The notes under the pieces are model-generated. The model was not told the origin of the DNA, made no database searches, and saw only the letters and a program-made list of their open reading frames with translations. A DNA stretch of 64,000 nucleotides, from NCBI GenBank assembly GCA_964035545.1, contig OZ037769.1, forward strand, positions 13,918,633 through 13,982,632, written 5' to 3'. A program made the position numbers and the translations under genes. Below are positions 45,121 to 56,114 of this stretch, one piece after another. Origin of the DNA: Bugula neritina (taxonomy: Eukaryota > Animalia > Bryozoa). The first letter of the stretch is position 1; every line of letters begins with the position of its first letter.

Positions 45121-46931
45121 TGCATGAGATTTTTTAATAGCCAATGATGGTGTTCCTGATTATTTGGGAAAAATATGGAGACACAACTCTTTACCGAGAA
45201 AAGATTATTAGATACGTGGAAACAAAGTTAATTAATATTGAAAGAGTCATCATGTTGTTGACTCTTTGTTGTGAGAACAATAATACGCAATGTAACTTTC
45301 CATGGTGGACACAACTTTCAATTGAGAATATATCTATTCATTGAGTATTGGGAGCTATTTAACCCTTTGATGATCAATTGTACTGAATGAAAAATTGACA
45401 TAAATTGGGTAAAACGAGACTGTTATAACCTCTTAAGCACTAATAAAGTCACACAGTGTTACAAAAATTAAAGCTTTTACTGGCCACAGAGGAATCTTTG
45501 GATTTTCTAGTAAATCTTGATTTAAAAGCACGGTTAAAATTCTTGTGAGAGTATGATTTCTTTTGCTACTTTTTTTCTACAACTCAAAGGCTGTTTTAAC
45601 TTACTGTATTACTGCACATCCCTGAAGCTGCAGCTCTGTTGGACCTTAAACCTTGCCGATGATGTCAATTTAATCAAGCACACGTTTTTTTATTTTAAGC
45701 TAAATGTGACAGTAACCTGATGATTGTGATGATAATCAAATAACTATATAGTGACAAGAAACAAGCTGAATTAAAGCTATATTACAGTTCATTGACACCA
45801 TAAGCTGAGCTTACTATATTGTGAAATAGCAAGTGTTGTGCCAGCAACTAACTCATATGTAAACTTTACATTTATGCTAATTGGGTTTTGATTCAATCAG
45901 CATGTTATTTAGTTGAGATTCATTGTTTTTATAAGGATTTGCTGTTGCATGAATTCATTTGTTGATAGTTGAGAAAGTGTTCATTTTCACTGCGTTTCTA
46001 TGAAGGCGAATGAATTTGTACGGATGGCCGTATATAGGAAGGCATAAAGTACTTCATGATCGATAAACTAAAGCTTAGAAGCAATTTAAATTTTCAAAAT
46101 GAAAATAGCTGTCAACTTATTTTTAGCTATATATGCACCTTTCAAACATGCTTTATATGAGCAATATTAGTTACTACTGACATAGGAAGGTGTTGGTCAT
46201 AGTAATTTGTTTTGCTCTAAACCTTTCCATTAAAAACATGTTTTATACTTGCACTCTCAAGTGCTCTATTCAAATGCTAATACACTCTCTAACAATACTG
46301 GTGTTTGCTTTGCTTTGTTATATGTCACTTTAAAAGAATAAGTAGAAAATTGCCTAACTGAAACATAAACAGAACATTGTTGAAAAGGCTTTACGTAAAG
46401 CACAATAACACTGCAACTGGCTGTAGCATGCCAGTTGTTTATACTTTACTGTTTACTATAATTTTTGGAGTAAAACCGTCTGCGTTGCTACATTCATAAA
46501 TGTTAAAAAAGAGATTATTATAATTTTGAACAAATTTGACACTACCAGCTTTAGTTAGTATAGTAGATGTATCTTTATAAGTAGCTTGGGACAACTCCAT
46601 TCACAATTCACAATCACAATGGTCGTGTCTTAATTATTGCTTTAATTTAGAACAGTTAAAAAGTAATGCTGCAATCTTTAGGCAAGCAGGTTCGTAATTG
46701 GTTCCAATTGTGTATATCACTATTGTATACGCCGTATAGCACTTGAGGCTCATTGCATCTCCTGGCATCTGACAAGTGCCTGTAACCTATATCAAGTGCT
46801 AATCACAATTGAATTCATCATTCTACAAGCATCTTCATACAACAGCTAACTTATTTTAATATAGCAGAGATAAAGTTGCAGGTAAGTAAATACTATACTT
46901 TCTTTACACTAGCGGTTAGTAATGAGTGGTC

Positions 46932-47119
46932 AGGTGTAGTTTTAGTAGTGGAAAGTAAAAGGCCGGGAGTACAGGGAAATTTAGATAGCCTATTTTTTAG
47001 TTTTCCTTATAAATTCTGATTTCATGCTCGGGTTGAACTTCTCACTAAAAGATGATTTTTTCCTATATATTTCTAATTTAGAACACAGGCTTTTCTCAAT
47101 TTCTTCATTACTGCACCTA
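46932..47119. mobile_element. MITE, family A, copy 3
   Basis: Ends ...TTTCTAATTTAGAACACAGGCTTTT...TTTCTTCATTACTGCACCTA, the reverse complement of the start of 11233-11392. Confidence 0.6.
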
Positions 47120-47950
47120 TATAAGTATTGTAGTAATAATTTGCTTTACTTATAAAAAACCATAAAACTTTAGAGCTCAAACTGTTCCCATCTGGCAATA
47201 ACTATGAACACAATGAACACAATGGACAAAGCTCTTCAGCAATTAAAAAAAATAGAGATTCAACTCAGATTACTATATATTTTAATCAGATAGTCACACG
47301 GGATAAAATATGTTGATTATGTTCTGCAGAAATATTAATTTACCAGTAGGCCTGAAATATTTGTAAGCTGAAACCTAAGATGTATACAGTTGGTGTCTAG
47401 GAGCTGGCGTTTGGCTGTCAGAATAATAAACATTGTCTTTTATACCAGACGTGGGGAGGATTTGCTGCTTTACCTAAATTAAATAATAAGCTAAGAACTT
47501 TGCAAGTATGATAATATAGCTACAACTATAGTTTGAGATGTATTATATGTTAAACAGTTAGTGATGAGCTAGTGAAAAAGAAAAATTTTCAATTAACGAC
47601 ATTGGTAGCTGTAACCATAAAGTATATTTTGATGACCACAGTCAAGTAGGAAAAAATACATTACTAGTATAGTAAGTTGTTGAATATTTCATTTTTTCTG
47701 TACTTTTAGCCTCCCAAATGCATATTCATTATAATTATATTCGCATGCAGGTTTATCTATGATGTGATGTTGATTTGTGTATACACTGCATTATTCAATG
47801 TCACATGATAATTTCGATAGTATAGAATCATTGCTATACAAAACACATGTAGGTACTCTGTACTAAAACAATGAAACTGTGTGTTTTGCATATAACCTAT
47901 TAAATTCTAATGACAAGTATTTTAACTTCTTACATAACTATAACGAAAGG

Positions 47951-48812
47951 TATAGAATGACACTCTTTGCTATGACTCTTGCTTTAGAGTGACACTCTAG
48001 CTTATACAGCCTGACTAGGAATAGGGAGGGTTTTAGACGTGATCAGAGTTTATTTGAGTCACCAATGTTGATCAAATACTGACCAAACACTGACCAAACA
48101 CTGACCGTAAAAACTAAAATAATAATGATACAACATAAGGCATAAGCAAACAAAATGTACGTAATATAATAAGTATGTATGTAAAAGCACTAGCAATGTA
48201 TATCATAAATTGTAGATAGCAGCATGAAATAATAATTCAACATAGCATGCAACTACAGCCCATATTATTAAAAACTTTATAACATAAAAATGTAATAACT
48301 ATATATAATTGTAAATAGATGTTCATTACCTCTTTTCTCTCTCTCCTAGTCTACTGTTATGTTAATGCTGTGGCTTTGCACAGTCTTTCAAATAATGCTA
48401 CTCTTTAGTAGTCTTACATAAATTTGATGCTGTCCAAACTGACAGCATGACTCTAACAATATTGCAACTAGTAAAAATGGTTTTGTCTTATATACTAATC
48501 CATTTGATAAACATTATTGTGTTGTAAGAGGTATGATTTTACAATTTACTATTTTGGGGTAGGATCTTACTGTTTCAAGAAGTGGGCTGAAGTAAACAAG
48601 CATCGTGTGACATCACAGCTGATGCAAGCATAGCTGCTGACTATGAATCATTCTACATGCGTAGCTACTGTTTTGGGGTAGTAATTAAAGAAGCATTAGG
48701 TAGACTACTAGCAGCTAGTGGTTAGGCTAATTTGAGGTTGATGACATTGTGATTGTGTGTGATTGTACTACAAGTTATAATTTCTGTAAACATCCTATTT
48801 CGTAACATTACA
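47951..48812 (-). repeat. 3' LTR (862 bp, contains a 216-bp GT-AG intron at 48114-48329)
   Basis: Direct repeat of 52596-53233. Minus-strand TATATAA at 48488-48494 and AATAAA at 48049-48054. Confidence 0.93.
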
Positions 48813-48934
48813 CTCCCCCCTTTAATTTCTCTCTATTCACTTAGAGGGAATTAACAATTATATTATTATGCATTTAAAATACTAAGCTAAAATACTAATA
48901 TAGCTATGCATGCAAAGGTTATGGGGTAAATAGG

Positions 48935-49210
48935 TAAATTAATTTGTGGATAGGCCTATCTAAGTATGTGGGTGGAGCTAGTCTCACATCTTTACTGTTC
49001 AACTCTGTAGTTGCTAGTTGTACTTTTACCTTACAAATTAAGTCATCTCAGTTTTATGTGTTTCCATCTTTACTTACACAATTGTCTTTACTTAGCCTGT
49101 AATATTCATCTAAAAATGACTCTTTTTGTACCCACTGCATTATAAGATGTTTAGCATGTGTCAAGTCATTAATTGTGAGTCTGGGAGTTATGCTACCTTT
49201 ATGCTTTACC
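48935..49210 (-). pseudogene. residual pol fragments (RNaseH-integrase linker and integrase C-terminal tail)
   Basis: LTINDLTHAKHLIMQWVQKESFLDEY resembles the BEL linker. DDLICKVKVQLA...YLDRPIHKLIYL resembles the BEL pol C-terminus. The RT core, RNase H and integrase core are missing. Confidence 0.75.
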
Positions 49211-51943
49211 AATCTTTTTCTTTTTGGGGTGATACACGCCAAAGTGGGGGATGTACCACTGATGGTTGCTTGCCTCACAATTTGTAGGTACCAATTCTGC
49301 ATCGCCATTGTTTATTATGTCTGTCATGAATGCCACGTAATCTGTTCCGTATTTCTTGTCTTTAAGCATTTTAGTTTTGAGGATATCAAGTCTGTGCACA
49401 GCTAATTGTCTATTGTCTGGTAATTGTGGCTTAGCATTTTTAGACGGCAGTGGTATGCTGTAATAATTGTCTTCTCTTTGTTTAATATTGTTGTGCCTGT
49501 TTTCTAAAAACTTGGCATCTTCTTGTGACATTTTATGAGTAGCCATGTATTTAGTGTCCGCATAATCTTGCTGTAGGACATTCAAGATATCTGAACTCAA
49601 ATTCTGCTCATGAGCCATAGCCCTATTGCATGTGGGAAATGAGTTTGTTTTATGCTTACCACTATTGCCTACAATACACCATCCTAGAGGTGTTCTCAGA
49701 GCAAAGGGATCATTGATTGCAGGGCCTATTTTAGTTTCAAGTGGCACTAAAGCTCTGGAGTTGTCATACCCTATAAGCATTCCTATCTCTATATCTAAAC
49801 CTTGTGGTATTTCACTTGCAATGCATTTAAGGTGTGGCCATCTATTGGCAATTTCTGGTGTGGGTATGTGCTGCTTGTTAATTGGAATGCTGTCCCTACT
49901 GTAAGTCTTTCCTACTTGTATCTGCTCATGCATGTTCAGTCCTCTAATGGTCAAGTTATTGTACACCTTACACTTCATTTCCAAGTTGTCAGCTGTCATT
50001 GTTGTTAGTTTAAGAGAAACTGGTTTGCTTGTAGCTGTTTGTAGCTTACTAACAACTTGGTTAGTTACAAATGTGGTATCTGACATGCTATCTAAGAGTG
50101 CATAAGTTAGCACTTCCTCATTAGGGTTATCTACAGTTGCTAGGTATATAGGCACAACCATTGAGCACAAGCCATTTGTTTTAGTCACTGTATTGTTGCT
50201 GTTAGCTGTTACTTGCTCTGGGTTGTTGCTACTTGCTACTTCATTTACCTGCACTGTTTCTACTTTGGTATTACTGTTGTTAGCTTGTGTAGCTGGCTGA
50301 TTGCTTCTATGTGTTACAGTAGGATGCCTGTTTTGGCATATTTTACAAGTAGCTCTATTTCTGCATTCTTTTGTCATGTGACCTATTCTCAAGCAACCAA
50401 AGCATAATCTTTTACTAGTAATGAACTGTTGTTTTTGATCAACTGGTATGCTAGCCAGTTTTCTACACTCATGTGTGCTATGATTACTGTAATTGCAGTA
50501 GAGGCATAGTTTAGCTTTGTGGTTTTCTGTACTTTTAACACCAGGAGAATGCTCTTCTATGCTAGTAGCAAAGCTAATGCCCTTATTGTTGTGCTTTTGA
50601 GGCTTATGTGAGTCTATGACCCTTGAACCTAGCAAAGATGAAGTGATTGGATCGTTTAGGATTTCTGCTTCTGTTTGCACAAACTTTACAAACTGACTAA
50701 AACTGGGGTAACTCCTGTGATTTTTCCTATGTGTGGTTACCTCCCGCTTCCATCTGTTTATCATGTTATCTGGCAGCTTGGACATGAGCTCAAGATTCTT
50801 TTCGCAATCATTTAAAATTTCCAACTCTTTAATATCTTTTGCTGCTATTTCACAATGTGTGAGGAAGTCAGAAAATGATTGTATCTGCTTATGTTCATGT
50901 GGTTTCATTTTGGGCCAAGCATTAATTTTCTTTCGAAATTCATTAGCAACTGTGAATTCTGACCCAAATCTTTCTTTCAAAATTATTCTGGCCTTTTGGT
51001 ATGCTGCTAGTGTATGTAAACTGCATAGGCCACTAATTGCTTCTCTAGCAGGTCCATCAACATGCTGTTTCAAGACATGCATTTTACCATCATCACCTAT
51101 CATTTTATCCTTGATGTAACTCTCTATGGCATATTCCCAATCTATAAAGTCTAAGGGATTTCCCCTAAATATTGGTGGCTTTGGCACATTGTTGGCTTGT
51201 ATTGCTTTTGTTAAGCATGTGGCCAGGTATTCATTACTGCATGTAGAATGCTGTGATTCATTGTTTTGCATGCTGCCTATTTGCTGTGGTTGGTTGCTTT
51301 GCAAAACTTCTACTGGCCTACTAAAAATAACTTCACTATTGCTTTCCTGATTCACTATTGGTTGGCAATTATCTAAATACTCTGCTAGCTCATCTCTAAC
51401 ATCTACATCATGTTCCTCTATTATTTCCTGCCTTATTCTCAGTTGTTTCTGTTTTTCTAACAGCTTACTTTTACTTAGTTCCAACTGGACATTGGCTAAC
51501 TGCCTTTCTAGCTCAGCCTGTCTTTGCATGGCTTCCATTTCAATTTCTAATTGTGCAACTTGCAATTTTGTCTTGGCTGAGATGAATGAGCTTGCTTTTG
51601 ATGTGTGTTTACTGCTAGCATGTACTGAATGGCTTTCGCCCTTACATTGTTCATGTATACTGTTAATTTGCTGTGTTAAGTCCTCAAGGTGAGGATGACT
51701 TGGAGCTAATGACTTTAGAATTGCTAAGTCAGCATCTGCATCTAACATAATTCGTTGTATGTCATCCCAAAATTCATTATCATGATTGTCTGTTGCTGCA
51801 TGCCTACTTCTAAACCTTTTAATTGCACTTGTGACAGATTTAAACCTTTTTTCTACCTCTAATTGTTTTCCCTTTGTAGATAGGGTTTTGACTCGGCTGC
51901 TAATCCTAATGCTATTACTACATGTGGATGTGTCATCATTCAT
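49199..51943 (-). CDS. BEL/Pao Gag-protease polyprotein truncated at the start of RT (914 aa)
   Basis: Coiled coil, then PIFRGNPLDFIDW capsid-like region, then three Zn knuckles (CLYCNYSNHSTHEC, CFGCLRIGHMTKEC, CKICQNRHPTVTH), aspartic protease YALLDSMSDTTFV, PFALRTPLGW, and RT start WYIPHFGVYHPKK followed by an abrupt stop. Confidence 0.92.
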   Translation of the reverse strand: MNDDTSTCSNSIRISSRVKTLSTKGKQLEVEKRFKSVTSAIKRFRSRHAATDNHDNEFWDDIQRIMLDADADLAILKSLAPSHPHLEDLTQQINSIHEQCKGESHSVHASSKHTSKASSFISAKTKLQVAQLEIEMEAMQRQAELERQLANVQLELSKSKLLEKQKQLRIRQEIIEEHDVDVRDELAEYLDNCQPIVNQESNSEVIFSRPVEVLQSNQPQQIGSMQNNESQHSTCSNEYLATCLTKAIQANNVPKPPIFRGNPLDFIDWEYAIESYIKDKMIGDDGKMHVLKQHVDGPAREAISGLCSLHTLAAYQKARIILKERFGSEFTVANEFRKKINAWPKMKPHEHKQIQSFSDFLTHCEIAAKDIKELEILNDCEKNLELMSKLPDNMINRWKREVTTHRKNHRSYPSFSQFVKFVQTEAEILNDPITSSLLGSRVIDSHKPQKHNNKGISFATSIEEHSPGVKSTENHKAKLCLYCNYSNHSTHECRKLASIPVDQKQQFITSKRLCFGCLRIGHMTKECRNRATCKICQNRHPTVTHRSNQPATQANNSNTKVETVQVNEVASSNNPEQVTANSNNTVTKTNGLCSMVVPIYLATVDNPNEEVLTYALLDSMSDTTFVTNQVVSKLQTATSKPVSLKLTTMTADNLEMKCKVYNNLTIRGLNMHEQIQVGKTYSRDSIPINKQHIPTPEIANRWPHLKCIASEIPQGLDIEIGMLIGYDNSRALVPLETKIGPAINDPFALRTPLGWCIVGNSGKHKTNSFPTCNRAMAHEQNLSSDILNVLQQDYADTKYMATHKMSQEDAKFLENRHNNIKQREDNYYSIPLPSKNAKPQLPDNRQLAVHRLDILKTKMLKDKKYGTDYVAFMTDIINNGDAELVPTNCEASNHQWYIPHFGVYHPKKKKIGKA

Positions 51944-52464
51944 TGTTGCTGTGTTAGTAATAGAGACAGTTAGTGATAAGCATGCATTTACTTACTACAG
52001 CTATTTTATAACCTAAATTCAGTAGGAAAACTAGTTTGGACTAGTTTGTCAAGATTTATCACTAGCCAACAGCTAATGCAAACAAACAGCTGATGCCAGC
52101 ACAGGGATTGTACCCAACTGCCCAATCAGAAACAGGGAGATCCTAATTAATTTTATGGGGCTTTGACACAATGTTTATCAAATGGAGTTTCTATAATTAC
52201 AATACTTCCAAAAAATAAATCTGCATGCAAGCCTAATTATTCTAATAACTTTCCATTCAACTATTTCCTTTATAATTATGTCACTTATATGTGAAGGTGA
52301 GGGTTATATGGTAATCTCTCACCAATCTGCTGATTCCAGGTCACCTTTGTATGTAGTTGAGAGTAGTTGAGAATAATCCTGATAAATGTTAGTAATGTTT
52401 ATATAGTTGAGGTGGGTAGAAGTGAGGTTCTCTTTGTGGTCGTCTTATGTTTGTCGGCTTCTTT

Positions 52465-52595
52465 TGTTGGACTTGAGATGGAGCTGTTACTCCCGGACTT
52501 GAGAAAGAGTTTTTACTCTCGGACTTGAGAAAGAGTTTTTACTCCCGGACTTTGAGAAAGAGTTTTTACTCCTGGACTTGAGAAAGAGTTTTTAC
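52465..52595 (-). repeat. 26-bp tandem repeat at the primer-binding-site position
   Basis: Four copies at 52491-52595 (minus-strand unit GTAAAAACTCTTTCTCAAGTCCRGGA) plus one degenerate copy, abutting the 5' LTR. Confidence 0.9.
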
Positions 52596-53233
52596 TATAG
52601 AATGACACTCTTTGCTATGACTCTTGCTTTAGAGTGACACTCTAGCTTATACAGCCTGACTAGGAATAGGGAGGGTTTTAGACGTGATCAGAGTTTATTT
52701 GAGTCACCAAATACTGACCAAATGCTGACCAAACACTGACCGTAAAAACTCTTTTCTCTCTCTCTCCTAGTCTACTGTTATGTTAATGCTGTGGCTTTGC
52801 ACAGTCTTTCAAATAATGCTACTCTTTAGTAGTCTTACATAAATTTGATGCTGTCCAAACTGACAGCATGACTCTAACAATATTGCAACTAGTAAAAATG
52901 GTTTTGTCTTATATACTAATCCATTTGATAAACATTATTGTGTTGTAAGAGGTATGATTTTACAATTTACTATTTTGGGGTAGGATCTTACTGTTTCAAG
53001 AAGTGGGCTGAAGTAAACAAGCATCGTGTGACATCACAGCTGATGCAAGCATAGCTGCTGACTATGAATCATTCTACATGCGTAGCTACTGTTTTGGGGT
53101 AGTAATTAAAGAAGCATTAGGTAGACTACTAGCAGCTAGTGGTTAGGCTAATTTGAGGTTGATGACATTGTGATTGTGTGTGATTGTACTACAAGTTATA
53201 ATTTCTGTAAACATCCTATTTCGTAACAATACA
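52596..53233 (-). repeat. 5' LTR (638 bp, intron-less form)
   Basis: By eye it matches the 3' LTR except for the 216-bp block, a 10-bp and a 2-bp repeat-unit indel and a few substitutions. Confidence 0.93.
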
Positions 53234-54618
53234 AAAGGGATAGTATAGGATGTTCATAAAATTAGTTAGGAATTGTTTGATTTGATCACAAAAAATCAAT
53301 ACGAGACTCAGTTTAAAACTATGCAGCATTTTACCTAGGCTATAGTCATTTTATTTTATGACTGGAAGCTTGAATGCCTCTTAAAAAGCTTTTCATATAT
53401 ACTTTCTTATAGTAAGCTTCATTATAAAATTCAGTATGCCGCGTGTTAGTTATATTTTTGGCTGATATTTTTGTAAGGAATACAGTTCTAAGATTAATAT
53501 CTAAAACTTTGAGTTTGATAACAACCTGAACAATAATTGCTACCAAGTTTATCTGATCATCAAATTTCAGAAAAGTTTATTTTTGTTGCTTAGTGAGCAA
53601 TACTCTTGGTTACATAACACTACAATTCCGTTAACTCAGTGAAATAAAAGCACCTGTCTACACACATTTGTTGTAATTCTTATTCACCCCAGCAAGGGAC
53701 TAAAATTTGTCAGCTTGTTTTGAAGGCAGTATTTTACTTTAAGTAAAGGTTTGAGTTACATAAAATTGAGTAGATATAATATAAATATCACACCCGATGT
53801 ACCAATGAGCACCATAATCATAATATCCAGTAAACAACCAAATCCCCTTTCAGGTCTGTGTGACAAAATGTGTTTATCAATTATCGCAATAGTAGAAAAA
53901 CATTTTATTCACATCAGAAGGTGACCAGAACTTGTTGACTTGCTCTGAAAGTCGTGCCTCAGTTCACGTATGAGCAATTGCATTAAAGCTTACATAAACT
54001 TACATAAGAGCTATGAGTAGATGTGATTGATAACACACAGCGCATAACAATGAACAATCATTGTAATATTATCCAATAAACAGCAAAATCCGGTTGAGGC
54101 ACGTGTCTCCAAATAAGTTTATCAGTTATTACAATAGTAGGGAAAGTTATCACGATATGAATTCCGACTGGAAAATCACTTTTGCCTGGGGGCGTGGTGT
54201 AATTTGAGTAGCCAATGGGATATTAGCATACAGTATTTATATATTATTTTGCTTTATGTTTTGTATATTGTTGCTTCAATAATATACAGCTAAACAAGCT
54301 GCTCTGTAAACCATGAAAGTTTATTATGTCGAAGACAAATACTAATTTAAATTTGAAAACAGTAGTTTCGCTTATCAAATAATTATTATCAGGTTTCGTC
54401 TACTGTCAGCTACTTTAAGACAAGCAAAGGAGAGCAACAGGTTAGCTAAAATAATGTTAGACATTAATTTTGTATGACTTGTTTGTGTGTTTTCTAATTG
54501 ATATTAGTTAAAAATATTGCAGCATATTTCAATGCATATAATATAAACATCATCTTGTGCTTTGCTTTAGTTGCCTGCAGCATTGAATCTCGCTTTCACA
54601 CAAATAAATTCAATGGGG

Positions 54619-54775
54619 GTTTATAGTCACCAACCTAATGAAAAAGGTGTTTTTTAAGGGAGCTAAGGGTTTATCTTTATAACTGTGGCATGGGAGGAAA
54701 ATTATAACTGAATATCCTTTCTAACATTACCAATGGCCTTCACTGGGTATCAAAACACTGGCTTACTATTTACTA
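54619..54775 (-). mobile_element. tRNA-derived SINE, family 1, degenerate
   Basis: GTTTATAGTCAC...GCTAAGG...CTAACATTACCAATGGCCTT similarity to the other copies. Confidence 0.55.
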
Positions 54776-54984
54776 AACTTTTTCGAAAAAAATTCTAATT
54801 TTAGTTCATTTTATCACAAAATCTACTGTGTTGGTTGTAAGTAAAGATGCTATATGTTGAATAAAAAAAAATAGCCAGTAATTGTAAATAAAGCTATACC
54901 CATTATCAGTTAGAACGTCATTGTCTCCATAAATTGATACTGGTTTTTAAAAGACTACTGCACCATGATAATTCACCCCCACAA

Positions 54985-55169
54985 TTGATAGTTGTCATCC
55001 CTGTGAGAAAAACACCAATGGAAGGGGCATTTTCAGATATATAGGGCACAGGAGCGATTATGATTGGATGCTCTTCCCAACATCACCGATAGCCTTTACT
55101 GGGTTCGAACCCATGACTTTATGCTTACTAGGCAAACGCTCCAACCCCTAGACCACCACGGCTACTCCC
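54985..55169 (-). mobile_element. tRNA-derived SINE, family 1
   Basis: ATCCCTGTGAGAAA...GGATGCTCTTCCCAACATCAC...GGGTTCGAACCCATGAC...CCCCTAGACCAC. Confidence 0.8.
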
Positions 55170-55611
55170 TACTGAAATGTGATATATAGCGTCTGCATTA
55201 TTTAAAGAAAATCTCATTTCAATTATAAGTATAAATAAACATTTTTTTGCTGGTTGTATGTCAATAATTAAAGCATCTGTAACTTATTATTATGTAGATT
55301 AAGTTTCTTTATTTAAATAAAGCAAAAACTAGCTAATGTCACTGATACAAAAATTACCGACAATTGGCGTGATGCTTAAAACCTAAATGTAAAAATATTT
55401 TTTTAGGAATTTAAGCTATACAGCAGTCTATATTAGCAGACAGGAGAATTTAGTGAGGTAGAGTTACAGGTTTTCATAGCCTTGGTCCTAGTAGAAATTT
55501 TGGCTGCTTGCACAGTCAGCAATAGCACTTCAATCCCAAACTCTAAACAAAGACTTTATACGCTTAGGCTAATAATTTACTAATTATCACTAATCATAAT
55601 TTGCAGGTAAA

Positions 55612-56073
55612 ATGAAGTTTATGGGATATGCCTGCGATATTCTGACTATACTCTCCATAGTGGGTTGCATCTCAGCTAAAACACTGCAGACTAAGCTGGG
55701 AGAAATCGAAGGGCTTAGTGAAAACCTCAATGGAACTACGGTGTACAGTTATTTAGGTGAGTACTTCTATATAATACACCTTTCCTATCAAGGTAGCTGT
55801 ATACAGCATATCTGTACAACTAAAACCTCACTTTATTTATTGTATTAAATTTATTTACATATTTTTGTAAAAGGTTGATTAAAAAAGTAAGTTTTAAAAC
55901 TAGTGTTAAATTTAGGCAGCAGTAGAAAAGTTGGGCACTTCTCATGCTTACAGGGTTTTTTGAATTTAGGTCATAAACAAATTTAATTGGGGGTCGGTTC
56001 AAGGGCTAGGATATTTGTCAGTCACTAGAAAATATAAATAGTGTAGTTGAGCCTCGATAATATGAATATTTTA

Positions 56074-56114
<41 letters not shown>

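Larger units (their letters stand above)
47951..53233 (-). mobile_element. BEL/Pao LTR retrotransposon, young, internally deleted (non-autonomous)
   Basis: LTRs at 52596-53233 (5') and 47951-48812 (3'). 5-bp TSD AAAGG at 47946-47950 and 53234-53238. Polypurine tract on the minus strand (AAAGGGGGGAG) immediately before the 3' LTR at about 48813-48823. BEL-type gag-protease ORF. Confidence 0.95.

Noticed and set aside
46860-46890. Strong donor CAG|GTAAGT that could be a distant 5'UTR exon of the esterase, which would place the LTR element in its first intron
   Set aside because: Cannot be linked to the gene without transcript data.
49626-52016. Plus-strand ORFs antisense to gag
   Set aside because: Shadow ORFs of the long minus-strand ORF with no independent motifs.
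52465-52595. CRISPR-like appearance of the 26-bp repeats
   Set aside because: Head-to-tail repeats with no unique spacers, inside a eukaryotic LTR element, and no cas genes.
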